In this document: positions 31,747 to 42,145 of the stretch, piece by piece
How the letters are laid out: every line of letters begins with the position of its first letter
Numbering within the stretch: the stretch's first letter is position 1
Assembly: GCA_963791005.1 (NCBI GenBank)
Contig: CAWBQR010000015.1
Location: 6,553-70,552 of the forward strand
Length of the DNA: 64,000 nucleotides
Source of the DNA: an uncultured delta proteobacterium
Lineage (GTDB): Bacteria; Desulfobacterota; Desulfuromonadia; Desulfuromonadales; CAWBQR01
Reading direction: 5' to 3'
Notes under the pieces: generated by a model
Database searches by the model: none
Told to the model about the DNA's origin: nothing
Seen by the model: the letters and a program-made list of their open reading frames with translations, nothing else
Program-made: the position numbers and the translations under genes

Positions 31747-31966
31747 GAAATCCTCCCGGCGCGATTTTCCCGGCGGAAAGCCATCCCGCCGCAAAGCCCT
31801 ATCATACGGACACTTCGCCCCCCGGATCAAGTTCATTCGGGGTTTTTTCCGGAGATTTCACCCTCCCTGCGAACACGGGGGATTCAGGTATACTTGGGAA
31901 CGAACCAGGGGAGGGAGCTGATCTGAGCCCCCTCCCATTGGGACATATCATCGACGGAGGAAGACG

Positions 31967-32176
31967 ATGGGTGAAAAGAAGCGTTCCGCCAGGACCTACG
32001 ATGCCTGCTCCAGCCCGCAAGCCCACAGGGACCACATGTGTCACCTGATGGAAAAGGGAATGGGCGCGGAAATTAAACAGCGAACCTCCCGCCCGGCCTA
32101 CGCCTGCGCGAACTGCGGCGCCCGGGCCAACGAGCGGGAGGACCTCTGCAATCCGGAGCCCCTGCGGGCGTCCTGA
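31967..32176 (+). CDS. small Cys/His-rich hypothetical protein (69 aa)
   Basis: RBS GGAGGA. The stop lies 4 nt before the next ATG. CANCGARANEREDLC is a zinc-ribbon-like pair. Confidence 0.4.
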   Translation: MGEKKRSARTYDACSSPQAHRDHMCHLMEKGMGAEIKQRTSRPAYACANCGARANEREDLCNPEPLRAS

Positions 32177-32180
32177 GCCC

Positions 32181-33083
32181 ATGGCGCGACATCGACGGCA
32201 CCTTCGCGCTCTGGTTCTGGCCCTGGCGCTTCTGGCCGCGGCCCTTGCCTCCCCGGCTGCGGGAAAAACCCCCTCCCGGGGAAAGGATTTTCTCTGGAAG
32301 ATCTCCTCGCCCGGGGCTACCGGCTACCTGCTCGGTTCGGTCCATGTCCTCGAGAGCACCGCCTACCGGTCGGACCCCGCCTTCGAAAGCGCCTTTCGGA
32401 AAGCGCAAATCGTCGTCTTTGAAACCGACCTCGACCAGCTCGATTCGAAGGAGGTCCAGCGAAGGCTCCTCTACCGTGGCAGCTACCCCAAGGGTGAAAG
32501 CCTGAGACAAAGCATCCCGGAGAAGCTCTACTCTCGGGTGGAAAAGACCGCCGGAGAACTGGGTCTGCCCCCCGAAGCCCTCAACCGCTTCCGCCCCTGG
32601 TTCTGCGCCATGACCCTGGCCAATCTGAAGCTGGCGGCCCTCGGATTCAATCCGGAGAAGGGGGTGGACCGCTATTATTACCAGAAAGCCCGCTCCTCGG
32701 GAAAAAAGACTCTCGGTCTGGAGACCCCCGCCGACCAGATCGACATCTTCGCCGACATGTCCCCCGGGACCCAGGAAAAATTTCTGAAGCAGAGCCTCGA
32801 TGACCTGGAAGACGCCCGCCGCCAGGTCGAAAAAATCCTCGCCGCCTGGAAGGCCGGCGACACCGGGAAGGTCGAATCACTTCTGCTCAAGAGCCTCAGG
32901 GACGACCCCGGGCTTTACCGGCGACTGGTCGTGCAGCGAAACCAGCGCTGGAGGAAGACCCTGGAGCACCTCCTGGAAGGTCACGAAAATTTCCTCGTGG
33001 TCGTCGGAGCCGCCCATCTTGTCGGCCCGGACGGGCTGGTCGCCCTGCTTCGCGCCCGGGGCTTCAGCGTGGAACAACGGTGA
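32181..33083 (+). CDS. TraB/GumN family protein (secreted)
   Basis: Signal peptide, then FLWKISSPGATGYLLGSVHV, ...GLETPADQIDIF... and VVVGAAHLVGPDGL, which are family hallmarks. Confidence 0.75.
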   Translation: MARHRRHLRALVLALALLAAALASPAAGKTPSRGKDFLWKISSPGATGYLLGSVHVLESTAYRSDPAFESAFRKAQIVVFETDLDQLDSKEVQRRLLYRGSYPKGESLRQSIPEKLYSRVEKTAGELGLPPEALNRFRPWFCAMTLANLKLAALGFNPEKGVDRYYYQKARSSGKKTLGLETPADQIDIFADMSPGTQEKFLKQSLDDLEDARRQVEKILAAWKAGDTGKVESLLLKSLRDDPGLYRRLVVQRNQRWRKTLEHLLEGHENFLVVVGAAHLVGPDGLVALLRARGFSVEQR

Positions 33084-33155
33084 CCGCAATCCCCTGCTTA
33101 ATTATCCCCAAAAAGGCATTTGGCCCACGAAGACCACGAAGTTTCACAAAGAAAT

Positions 33156-33479
33156 TCAAGGGATTACAAGGTTGCCGATTGTGGGATTTCGAAACGGCCG
33201 GAGCTTCCTCAACCCCTGATGATAATGGCGCCCCAGCCAATAGCTGATTCCGTCACCGGCGATCGCCCCGAACACTGCGGCGATAAGGGTGATTTTCAGT
33301 GAAAGGGCGCCGCTGCCGGCCAATGCTCCGATGCCGATCATCATGACCGTTCCCGGCACCAGCGGGCCGACCAGGGCCAGCGATTCGGAGAGAGCCACCA
33401 GAAAGATGGCGAAATAGGCGGCCAGCGGATGCAGGGAGACCCACTGCAGAACGCCGCTCCAAAGATGGGCCCAATTCAC
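33156..33479 (-). pseudogene. DedA-family membrane protein, truncated to its N-terminal half
   Basis: ..AYFAIFLVALSESLALVGPLVPGTVMMIGIGALAG..GDGISYWLGRHY.. then an unrelated tail and a stop after 107 aa. Typical DedA proteins are about twice as long. Confidence 0.5.
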
Positions 33480-36400
33480 AGGGCGCTCTTATGCGATGCG
33501 TTACGGGTGCTTCGGTGTACGTACAAAGCGGGTACCAGATTGGTGCTGAGAAGGGCGCTCCACAGGATCCCGCCCAGGATGACCACCGCCAGCCCCTGCT
33601 CGGGCGCCGCCCCCTGACCCAAGCCGAGCGCTGTGGGGAGCATGCCGAGGACCGCCGTGAGGGTGGTGAGAAAGATGGGGCGAAAGCGCACGTGGACCGA
33701 CTCCCTGACCGCGGCCTCCGGAGTCATCCCCGCGGCCTCATTGCGGCGCGCCCGGTAGAGAAGAACGATGCCGTGATTCAGGCTGATCCCCACCAGGGTG
33801 AGAAAAGCCACCAGGCCGGTGGCGTTCAACCCCACTCCGCTCAACGCCAGCGCCGCAGCCCCGCCGGTGAAGGCGAGGGGAATCTGCAGCAGAAGCAGCC
33901 CCGGGATGAGCAGGCCGTCGAACTGCAGGATGAGAATCCCCGCCATGAGAATAAAGGCCGCGATGGCGGCTACGCCCAGGCCGATGGCCGCTTTTTCGAG
34001 TTCGGGGTAGAGCCCGCCGAATCCGATGCGGTAGCCCGCCGGCAGGTGCAGGGAGGCGAGGGCCTTGCGGGCCGCGCTGATGGTGCCGCCGAGGGTGCCC
34101 GTTGGGGTGGCGAGGATCTCTAGGGCGCGGGCGCCGTCGATATGGCGGATCTGGTTGGGAGTCGCGACCAGCTTGAGCTCGGCGAGGGTGCCAAGAGGAG
34201 TCCAGCCCGCGGTGTGGATCGGCAAGGCACTGAGATCGCCGATGGATTTCTCCGGAGCGTCGGCGAGGCGCAGGTAGAGGGGCAGGGGCACGTTCCCCTC
34301 GGGGATCTCGGCGATGACCTGCCCGCCGAGAAGCGGTCCGAGCTGGGCATAGAGCCCCGCGGGAGTGAGATGGTAGGCGGCGAGGGCCGGAGGCTTCGGG
34401 AGGATCTGCAGCTGCGTGACGGGGTAGCCGTCGTTGTTGAAGATATCGGTGAGAGAGGGCACCTTTCGCAGGCGCTTTGCCGCCTGCTCCGAGAGGGTGC
34501 GCAGCTCTCCGAGCTTGCTTCCGAAGAGGCGCACGACGAAAGGCTGGGGAAGCCCCGAGAGACTCTCGCCGACCCGCTCCAGGGTGGGCGTCCCCAGGGA
34601 AAACTGCATCCCGGTGGTGCGGCTTTTTTCGAGCAGCCGCGCGCCGATGGCATCGAGAGTGTTCACCGCGATATCCGGCTTGAGCGCGATCTGGATTTCC
34701 CCGGCGTAGGCGGGTTCGGTGTAGGCGCTCCCCGCCGGCGAACCGATGCGGGCAAAGGTGTGTGCCACCGCGGGGTCGGCCCGCAGGCGCCGGGTCAATC
34801 GGCTGACGGCGGCTTCGGTGTCCGCCAGGGAACTTCCCGGCGGCAGGGTGAAGCTCTCCAGCAGTACCCCCTCGTTGGGCAGGGGGAGAAAGTTGAACGG
34901 CACCAGCACCAGGGCGGCGAGGCTCGCAAGGAGAAGCCCCGCGCAGACGAGAAGGCTCAGGCGCGGACGTCGCAGCACCTTCTCAAACAACAGCTCGTTC
35001 AGGTGCCGCAGGCGGTCGAGGGCGCGTCCGCCTGCCGTGGGTTTGGAGTGCGGCCGGGCCTGAATAAATCCGAGCCCGAGGGGAATGAGGGTCAGGGAGA
35101 TGAAGAGCGAGGCCAGAAGGGCGATCGCCATGGAGAGGGCGAAAGGGATGAAGAACAGGCCCGCCAGACCGCCCACGAAGAGAAGCGGCACGAAGACGGC
35201 GACGGTGACGAGGGTGCCGGTGACGTCGGGGCTGGCGATGTCCGTAAGCCCCTGCCGGACCCCCTCCCAGTGATCCGCCCCCTCCTCCCAGCGGTGGTAG
35301 ATGCTCTCCAGCACGATGACCGCATCGTCTGCGAGCAGCCCCACGGCCACCGTCAGCGCCCCGAGGGTCATCAGATCGAGACTTTGACCGAGGGCATAGA
35401 GGCCGGCGATTCCCATCAACAGGGAGAGGGGAATGGAGAGCGCAAGAGTCCAGAGGCCCCGGCCCGCCCCCAGTATCCAGAAGAGACCGGCGATCGCCAA
35501 CCCGGCGCCGATGAGCAGATTGCGCCCCAGGTCGGCGCCGATCAGGTGCACCAGGTGTCCCTGGTTGTAGGTGCGCACCCAGCGCACGCCGGTAGGAAGC
35601 TGGTCGAGGGTCTCGGCCAGGGTCCTGTCGACGGCACGGGTAACGGGCACCGTCGATGCGTCGGGCTGCTTGAAGACGGTCAGGGCGATGCTCGGTCTCC
35701 CGTCGAGGGAGACGGCGTTGTGGGTGGGAATCGGCGCGCGCACGACCCGAGCCAGGGCACGCAGGGGGATCGGTCCCGCGGGTGCGGGCACCGGGATCTC
35801 CTCCAGCTCGGCGGCATGGATGGGGAGGCGACGCGCCTCGACGAGGATGTCCTGGTGTCCCAGGCTCAGGTAGCCCGAAGGACCGAGGAGGACCTGGTCT
35901 TTGAGCGCCCGCACGATCGCCGTGACCGGAACCCGGTAGCGGCGCAGGCCCGCAAGGTCCGGCTGCACCCAGAGCGACTCATCGCCGCTGCCGTAGACCT
36001 CGGCGCGCTGCACCCCCGACAAAGCGCGCAGCGCCGGCGCCACCGCCGTGCGCACTGCCCGCTGGACCGTCATCGGGGCGACTCCGGCGGGGATCTCCAG
36101 CGTGTAGTCGGCGACCTCGTTGATGGCGTTGCCCATGATCTCGGCGTAGGGATGGGCGGCGGGGGGCAGCTTGCCGCGGGCGCGGTCGATGGCGCTGTTG
36201 ACAGCCTGCAGGTCCTGCTGCGCATCGGTCCCTTCGGCGAAGCGGATGTCGGTCTGCACCGTGCCGTGCCCCATGGTCGAGCGCACGCTGACCAGGTTTG
36301 GCAGGCTGAGAAGCTGCCCTTCGACGGGACGGGCGATGAGCGTCTCGAGATCGCTCGCCGTGGCCCCGGGGAGGTGTGTCACGACGCTCACCTGCGGGAA

Positions 36401-36532
36401 CTGGAAGCGCGGCAGCACTTCGACGGGAATCTGCAGCAGGGCGTAGATGCCGTAGGCGACCAGGGCGCCGTAGATGAGCCCCCAGAGCAGGGGGCGCAGG
36501 AGGATTCTCTTTTCGGTTCCCTTTATGTCCAT
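33476..36532 (-). CDS. RND efflux transporter, inner-membrane permease (CzcA/CusA/AcrB superfamily)
   Basis: Intact 1018-aa ORF with a 12-TM plus two-large-loop architecture. Its position is downstream of the MFP and TolC-like genes. Confidence 0.85.
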   Translation of the reverse strand: MDIKGTEKRILLRPLLWGLIYGALVAYGIYALLQIPVEVLPRFQFPQVSVVTHLPGATASDLETLIARPVEGQLLSLPNLVSVRSTMGHGTVQTDIRFAEGTDAQQDLQAVNSAIDRARGKLPPAAHPYAEIMGNAINEVADYTLEIPAGVAPMTVQRAVRTAVAPALRALSGVQRAEVYGSGDESLWVQPDLAGLRRYRVPVTAIVRALKDQVLLGPSGYLSLGHQDILVEARRLPIHAAELEEIPVPAPAGPIPLRALARVVRAPIPTHNAVSLDGRPSIALTVFKQPDASTVPVTRAVDRTLAETLDQLPTGVRWVRTYNQGHLVHLIGADLGRNLLIGAGLAIAGLFWILGAGRGLWTLALSIPLSLLMGIAGLYALGQSLDLMTLGALTVAVGLLADDAVIVLESIYHRWEEGADHWEGVRQGLTDIASPDVTGTLVTVAVFVPLLFVGGLAGLFFIPFALSMAIALLASLFISLTLIPLGLGFIQARPHSKPTAGGRALDRLRHLNELLFEKVLRRPRLSLLVCAGLLLASLAALVLVPFNFLPLPNEGVLLESFTLPPGSSLADTEAAVSRLTRRLRADPAVAHTFARIGSPAGSAYTEPAYAGEIQIALKPDIAVNTLDAIGARLLEKSRTTGMQFSLGTPTLERVGESLSGLPQPFVVRLFGSKLGELRTLSEQAAKRLRKVPSLTDIFNNDGYPVTQLQILPKPPALAAYHLTPAGLYAQLGPLLGGQVIAEIPEGNVPLPLYLRLADAPEKSIGDLSALPIHTAGWTPLGTLAELKLVATPNQIRHIDGARALEILATPTGTLGGTISAARKALASLHLPAGYRIGFGGLYPELEKAAIGLGVAAIAAFILMAGILILQFDGLLIPGLLLLQIPLAFTGGAAALALSGVGLNATGLVAFLTLVGISLNHGIVLLYRARRNEAAGMTPEAAVRESVHVRFRPIFLTTLTAVLGMLPTALGLGQGAAPEQGLAVVILGGILWSALLSTNLVPALYVHRSTRNASHKSAL

Positions 36533-36536
36533 GGCA

Positions 36537-37590
36537 TCAATCCTGCTGCTGGTAGTGGCGGGAGAATTCGCGGTGGAATTCGAGATAGGCGTTCTCCACC
36601 AGGACCTTGGCCCCGGCTTTAAGCCCCTGCGCGATCAGGGTTGACTCCCCGCGGGAAGGCCCCGGGACGACCGCCTGGCGCCGGTACCCTTTCGGGGTGT
36701 GCACCAGGACCCACCACCGTCCCGCATCGAGGACGAGCGCTCGGGTCGGCACCGCAACGAAGGTCCGCTTTTCCCCTTCGAGAGTCACCGGCCCCGCCTC
36801 GCCGTTTCGCCAGCCGGGAGACGGCCGCGCCGCCGCGAGGCCGACCGCCCGACCGCCGCCGGGCCCGATGGTTCCGATGATCGTGCGGACCGTAACCGGG
36901 ATGGCCGCGCCGCCTGCGGCGGGGGCGAAGGACCCCGTCATCCCGACCCGTACCTTTTGCGCCTCGGCGCCGTAGAAGACGGCCCGCAGCCAGAGGGAGC
37001 CCGCCGGCTGCAGGGTCAGGATCGTCTGAGCGGGCGCCACCCGCTCGCCCGCCGCAACCTCGACCTTGAGGACCGTGCCGGTCGCGGGCGCACGCAGGGT
37101 GAGGGCGTCCTTCTCGGCCAGAAGCGCGGCACGGGCAGTGTCGAGGCGCGCCCGGGCCCCGGCCAGGGCCGCTTCGGCCCGGTAAACGTTCCCCCGGGTA
37201 CTGAGCTGGGCCGATAGCTTCTCGCACTCCAGGGCCAGGGTCTTGCGGGCCGCCGTCAGTTCCCCCCGGGCGCCGGCGACCGCGCTTCGGCGCCGGGCGA
37301 GCATCGCCTCGGCGGCGGGCCCCCTCAGATGTCCGAGGACGGCCCCGGCTTCCACCGACTGCCCCGGCAGGACCTTCCACCCGGCCACGAGCCCCTCCTG
37401 TGCGGATTCTCAGCCGGGCCAGGGCGACGGGTTCGACCCGGGCAAAGCCCTGCAGGGAGGCGGCCACTGTGCGCGCCCGGGCCACCACCGTGGCGCTGCC
37501 GGCCCAGGCGGCGGTCCCCGTCAGCAGGACCCCCAGGACCGCAAGCCTTCCCAACCACGCCGGTGTGCCATGTTTTTTCATCATTCGCAT
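36537..37590 (-). pseudogene. RND periplasmic adaptor (MFP/HlyD family), one apparent frameshift near 37400
   Basis: The N-terminus MRMMKKHGTPAWLGRLAVLGVLLTGTAAWA...VARARTVAASLQGFARVEPVALARL is in one frame (track ORF 36619..37689). The rest, ..GWKVLPGQSVEAGAVLGHL...LTLRAPATGTVLKVEVAAGERV.., is in track ORF 36537..37388. Confidence 0.75.
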
Positions 37591-37747
37591 GCGAACCCCC
37601 AAAATTTGGACTTGTGAGAGGCTGCGGCGCGGCTGCCGCCGGATAACTGAAATTCCAAAGGCGAGCAGCGATTCTCCCCGCAAAAACAAGGTCTTGTGCT
37701 TTTCCTCCTCACACCTTACACCTCACTCCTCACGAATTCAGATTACC

Positions 37748-39151
37748 CTAACGTTCTTTCTCTCCGGCGATTTGCCCATGCCAGGTTCCGGCGACCGCGT
37801 CGAGGGCTACCGCCGACTCCGCCCGCAGGCGCTGCTGGTGCAGCCATTGCCTCTGCCCGTCCAAATCCGCCTCGACGAGGGGCAGGCATCCGGTTCGGGT
37901 CTCTGCTCCCCGCTCGGCAGATGCCCGACAGGCGGCCGCCCGACGACGAAGGCCGGGAATCGAATCCCGGAGGGTGCGAACCTGCCCTCCTGCCGCCGAC
38001 CATCGGCTTCGCAGTTCGGCCACCTTGGCACGGGCATCGAATAGACGGACCGTGTACTCGTCGAACAACTCCTTGCGGGTGGCCGATGCGGCCGCGATGG
38101 CGCCCTGGTTGCGGTCGAAGAGCGGGAGCCCGAGGGTGATGCCGAACCCCGCGGTTTGCAGCCGGTCACTGTCCCGCCCGCCGGTCACGCCGATCCGCAG
38201 GCGCGGGAACTGGGCGCGGACCGCGGCGCGCAGGCGAGCTTCCTGGCTGGCGTAGCCGAGGCGCAGGGCGACCAGATCGAGGCGGCACTGTTCCAGACCG
38301 GCTTCCAACCGATCGAGCGCAGGAAACGCGGCCTCGGTCGTTGCCGCCGGCGCTTGCAGGGGAAACGTCGCAGACGGGGAGAAGCCGACGGCACGGTTCA
38401 GGGCGAGCCGTTCGGTTCTCTCCTCTCCCTGAAGCATTTTGACCTCCAGCCGGGCGTCGACGGCGGCCTTTTCGGTCGCAGCCAGTTCCACCGAGGTCGC
38501 CTCGCCGGTTGCGACGGCGTCCCTCAACACCTTTTCTTCGGTGGCAAGGACCCGGTATCGCCTGGCCGCCAGCCGCCGCTGTCGGCCCATCCAGAAAAGA
38601 CGGACGGCGTGCAGGCGGGCCGCCTGGGCCACCTGCCATTCCTGCCAGGCGATATCCAGGTCGACGGCTGCCGCATCCTTCCTGGCCGCCTCTTGCCGGG
38701 CGCTTCGCCCGAGCAGCCGGCCCACCTCCCAGTCGAGGCCGAGTCCGAAGGCGGTAACCTTCCCCTCACGCACCCCTCCGACAGGGGTGTCGAGGCTGTA
38801 GGAGAGGTCGGGATTGGGAAGGATTCCGGCCTGCAGCACCTGCGCCTGCGCCACCCCGCGCCGGTCGCGAAGGGCCTTCAGCTCCGGGTTGGCGATCACC
38901 GCCAGGACCGCGGCTTCTTCCGGCGAGAGCCCGTCGCCGGGGTCAAAGGGAATGGCGCGCAGCAGGGGATGGCGGAGGTCCCGAGCCTTTATCCGCACCT
39001 CCGCCATGGCCGGCGGCTTCAGTCGTGCCGCGACTCTTGCCGGCGTGAGGGGAGCCGGGCGGTACGTGGCGCAGGCGGTCGCCAGAAGACAAAATAGAGG
39101 GATGAGAGCGGGCCGAAGGGCGCGCGTCAAGGGAACTGGTGATCGCTTCAT
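37748..39151 (-). CDS. TolC-family outer-membrane efflux lipoprotein
   Basis: 467 aa with lipobox LLATAC. Shows two-repeat coiled-coil/beta-barrel OMF character. Confidence 0.8.
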   Translation of the reverse strand: MKRSPVPLTRALRPALIPLFCLLATACATYRPAPLTPARVAARLKPPAMAEVRIKARDLRHPLLRAIPFDPGDGLSPEEAAVLAVIANPELKALRDRRGVAQAQVLQAGILPNPDLSYSLDTPVGGVREGKVTAFGLGLDWEVGRLLGRSARQEAARKDAAAVDLDIAWQEWQVAQAARLHAVRLFWMGRQRRLAARRYRVLATEEKVLRDAVATGEATSVELAATEKAAVDARLEVKMLQGEERTERLALNRAVGFSPSATFPLQAPAATTEAAFPALDRLEAGLEQCRLDLVALRLGYASQEARLRAAVRAQFPRLRIGVTGGRDSDRLQTAGFGITLGLPLFDRNQGAIAAASATRKELFDEYTVRLFDARAKVAELRSRWSAAGGQVRTLRDSIPGLRRRAAACRASAERGAETRTGCLPLVEADLDGQRQWLHQQRLRAESAVALDAVAGTWHGQIAGEKER

Positions 39152-39193
39152 CGAGTTGCATTCCTCCCTAATGGAAAAGCATACCTCGAAAAA

Positions 39194-39231
39194 ATGACCG
39201 CCGCCTGATCGGAAGAATACCGATTGGTCAT
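39194..39231. repeat. 38-bp direct repeat, copy 1 (ATGACCGCCGCCTGATCGGAAGAATACCGATTGGTCAT)
   Basis: About 35/38 identical to 41000-41037. It is internally palindromic (ATGACC...GGTCAT; ATCGG..CCGAT). It lies just upstream of the TolC-like gene start. Confidence 0.75.
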
Positions 39232-39306
39232 GTTTGCAAATCGGTGAGGAGTCAGAAGGCAGGTGTAAGGGGCCGGGCGCTTGGAGTGGGCGTTACTCAA
39301 TCAGCA

Positions 39307-39556
39307 AATCTGGTTATGCACTTTACTCCAGTTGATGTCATGGACAAGCAGACCAGGCAAAACAATTTACGGGGATGAAGGAAATAACTTCGGATAAAAC
39401 AAAGGCAAATTTCCCTTTCACGCCAAACCCCCTGGGGTTATCTATCTGATTTCCCTAAGCCTTTGAAGATCCGATTTAATCGGGATTGATCCGTGTGCAA
39501 ATGTTTTTTCTAGGTTGAATTCTTGCTGCCAGTGGAGCGAAGTGCATAACCAGATT
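39307..39556. mobile_element. candidate MITE: 250-bp AT-richer element bounded by perfect 17-bp inverted repeats
   Basis: AATCTGGTTATGCACTT (39307-39323) and AAGTGCATAACCAGATT (39540-39556). No ORF lies inside. Confidence 0.35.
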
Positions 39557-39575
39557 CAAGTATTCAGGATCGTTG

Positions 39576-40783
39576 TCATCGAGGCGTCTCGGAAAGCTGT
39601 CGCCGTTGCCATGCCTTGAGGACAAGGCCCATCAACGCCAACGCCGCGAAGATTGCCCCCGCATAGAAGGTAAAGGTTGCGCCAAGGCGATCCCACAACA
39701 GCCCCGCTACGACGCTGGCCATCAACATGGCGATGCCGCTGACCAGATTGAAAAAGCCGTAGGCCGTGCCGCGCAGATCCGCCGGTGCTGCATCGGCAAC
39801 CATTGTCGCAAGCAGTCCTTGGGTCATCCCCAAGTGAAGCCCCCACAAGGACACCCCGACGGCGACGGTCAGCCAATGGTCGTTGGCGGCCAAAACCAGA
39901 TCGGCCGCGATCAGGGCCATCAGTCCCAACGACAGCAGAGTGCCGTGTTTCATTCGATCCGAGAGCCTGCCAAAGGGATAGGCCGATCCCGAATAGACCA
40001 CGTTCATGCCGACCATCACCAGGGGAACGTAGGCGACCGGAACACCCCCTGCCTGGGCGCGGAGCACCAGAAATGCTTCACTGAACCGCGCCAGCGCGAA
40101 TACCGCGCCGATGGCGACCACCCACCAGTAGGCGCCGCTCAGACGCGCAAGGTTTTCACGGCGAATCGGATTGGTGCGTTTCGCGCCGACGTGCCGCTCG
40201 GGTTCGCGTACGCCGAACACCAGCAGCGAAACAGCGACCAGCCCAGGGACGACGGCGACCCAAAATACGGCGCGGAAATTATTGGCCCAGAGCAGCATCA
40301 AGCCGACCGCCAGCAGCGGACCGAGGAGCGCACCCACCGTGTCGAGTGATTGGCGCAGGCCGAATGCCGCACCGCGCATCTCGGCTGGGAGCGAGGTCGG
40401 CCACCAGCGCATCGCGGGGAGCGCCCCGCACCCCTTTGCCCACGCGATCCAGCATGCGGGCCGTGAAAACGATGCCCACGGACGGCGCGACGGCAAACAA
40501 CGGCTTGGTCAGCGTGCCCAGGGAGTAGCCGAAGACCGCCAGTCGCCTTACGCTTACCCAGATAGTCGCTGAGCGTGCCGGAGAACACCTTGACGATGAG
40601 GGCTGTCGATTCGGCCAGACCTTCGATCAGGCCGACGATGAATGTGCTCGCTCCCAAGGGGCCGACCAGAAACAGGGGCAGCAGGCTGTGGATCATCTCG
40701 GAAGAAATGTCCATGAACATGCTCACCAGCCCGAGCACCCAGATGCCGGCCGGAATCCGCTTGTGCGGTTTGCTCGTGGTCAT
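39576..40783 (-). pseudogene. MFS transporter, at least 2 apparent frameshifts
   Basis: N-terminus MTTSKPHKRIPAGIWVLGLVSMFMDISSEMIHSLLPLFLVG...[12 protein letters not shown] (track ORF 40298..40804). Middle [35 protein letters not shown] (track ORF 40279..40500). The rest is in track ORF 39576..40496. Confidence 0.75.
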
Positions 40784-40999
40784 AAGCGACTCTTTGATGG
40801 CCAAACAACGAACCGATGATACCTCTCAGGGCCTTCCTGTTTCATCTATCTTGTGCGAACCTTTTCTCTCCAAACGATAGCCGCAAATGACCACCACAAA
40901 GGCTTATTTTCGAAAAGGACCCATCCGGAAACCCCTGATCTTACCAATGATGTGAAGTAAAAACCGGGAATCGGTAAGTGTCTGGGCAACCGCGAAAAG

Positions 41000-41037
41000 A
41001 TGACCGCGACCTGATCGGAAGATTACCGATTGGTCAT
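41000..41037. repeat. 38-bp direct repeat, copy 2 (ATGACCGCGACCTGATCGGAAGATTACCGATTGGTCAT)
   Basis: See copy 1. This copy contains the stop codon of the histidine-kinase remnant. Confidence 0.75.
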
Positions 41038-41198
41038 GGTGGATCGGAGAGAGGGAGGGTAACGGTGAACGTGCGTCCCTTCCCGGGCCGGCTGGCGGCG
41101 GATTTTCCGGCGGTCGCCAGGGTGATTTGCACGCGGCCGCCGGCAGGCGTGAATTTGAACGCGTTGTCGAGCAGGTTGGCCACCACCCCTTCCCTCAG
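41034..41198 (-). pseudogene. sensor histidine kinase, C-terminal HATPase_c remnant with internal deletion
   Basis: The minus frame reads LREGVVANLLDNAFKFTPAGGRVQITLATAGKSAASRPGKGRTFTVTLPLSDPP-stop. The N-box and C-terminal strand are present, but the G1/G2 boxes and everything upstream are missing. Confidence 0.55.
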
Positions 41199-41998
41199 AA
41201 GTGGCCCGCCAGACCCACCACCACTTCCTGCCGAGAAAGGTCGAGGGTGGCGCCGACCGGCATCTCGTCGTATCGCCCGAGAAAGGCGTCGTTGAAAACG
41301 GAGCAGACGAAATAGCCGAGGGCCGTTCCGACCAGAACGTCCGAGGGATAATGTTTGCCGGCCTCGATGCGGGCCCAGTCGGTGGCGGCGACCAGCCCGC
41401 CCAGCCCGATATCGGCCGCGGTGCGCTCGGCGGGGGCCAGTTGCAGGGCTTCGAGGTTGCGTGAGGCGAGGGTGGCCATTGCGGTCGTCCCGGCGGCGTG
41501 GAAGGACGGAAAACCGTCGTCATCCGAACGGTCGGGCCGGGAGCGGTGAACGCCTGCCTTGATGCCCTCGGTCGTTCCGAAAACCGTCAGAAACGCCGCT
41601 GTTCCTACCAAGCCGCCGCGAACCTTGGCCTTCAGCCAGGGGCCGGGCTGTGTTCCTCCGGGGGCGGCCAGGACCGTGAGGCCGTAGGCGCCTGCGGAGG
41701 AGAGGGCGAGGATGTCGCTGGCGGTGTCGGCGCTGGAGGAGGAACCGAAAACCGGGTGATGGTCGAGGGCCCAGTTCGAAACCTGCCGATCCCAGTCGGT
41801 GGCTCGGAAGACGGCGGCGCCGACCAGCGGCGCCCATGTCTGAGGAGCCAGAGCGGCATCTTTGACCGCTTTTTCCACACGTTCCCAACCGGGGCGAATG
41901 GTGGCGCTCTGCCCCCAGAGTCGCCCGTTCGGCAACGTCGCGCAGCCGGTAATCAACAGCAATGCCAGAAGCGGCGCAGCAAAACGAATCTTATTCAA
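41195..41998 (-). CDS. PAP2-family phosphatase lipoprotein
   Basis: Lipobox LLITGC. PAP2 motifs HRSRPDR, PSFHAAG and HYPSDVLVG are present. Confidence 0.8.
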   Translation of the reverse strand: MNKIRFAAPLLALLLITGCATLPNGRLWGQSATIRPGWERVEKAVKDAALAPQTWAPLVGAAVFRATDWDRQVSNWALDHHPVFGSSSSADTASDILALSSAGAYGLTVLAAPGGTQPGPWLKAKVRGGLVGTAAFLTVFGTTEGIKAGVHRSRPDRSDDDGFPSFHAAGTTAMATLASRNLEALQLAPAERTAADIGLGGLVAATDWARIEAGKHYPSDVLVGTALGYFVCSVFNDAFLGRYDEMPVGATLDLSRQEVVVGLAGHF

Positions 41999-42145
41999 CG
42001 GTTTCTCCTACGAAAAGCATGAAATTGCATCTGAACGCACGAGCCGCCGTGCCTTATCGCCAGGCGGTCAAGACCCACACTATAGGGGGGTTTTAAACGT
42101 GTTTCAAGGGAATTACCGCGCCGGCCAATGAGAGGAGAAAACCTC

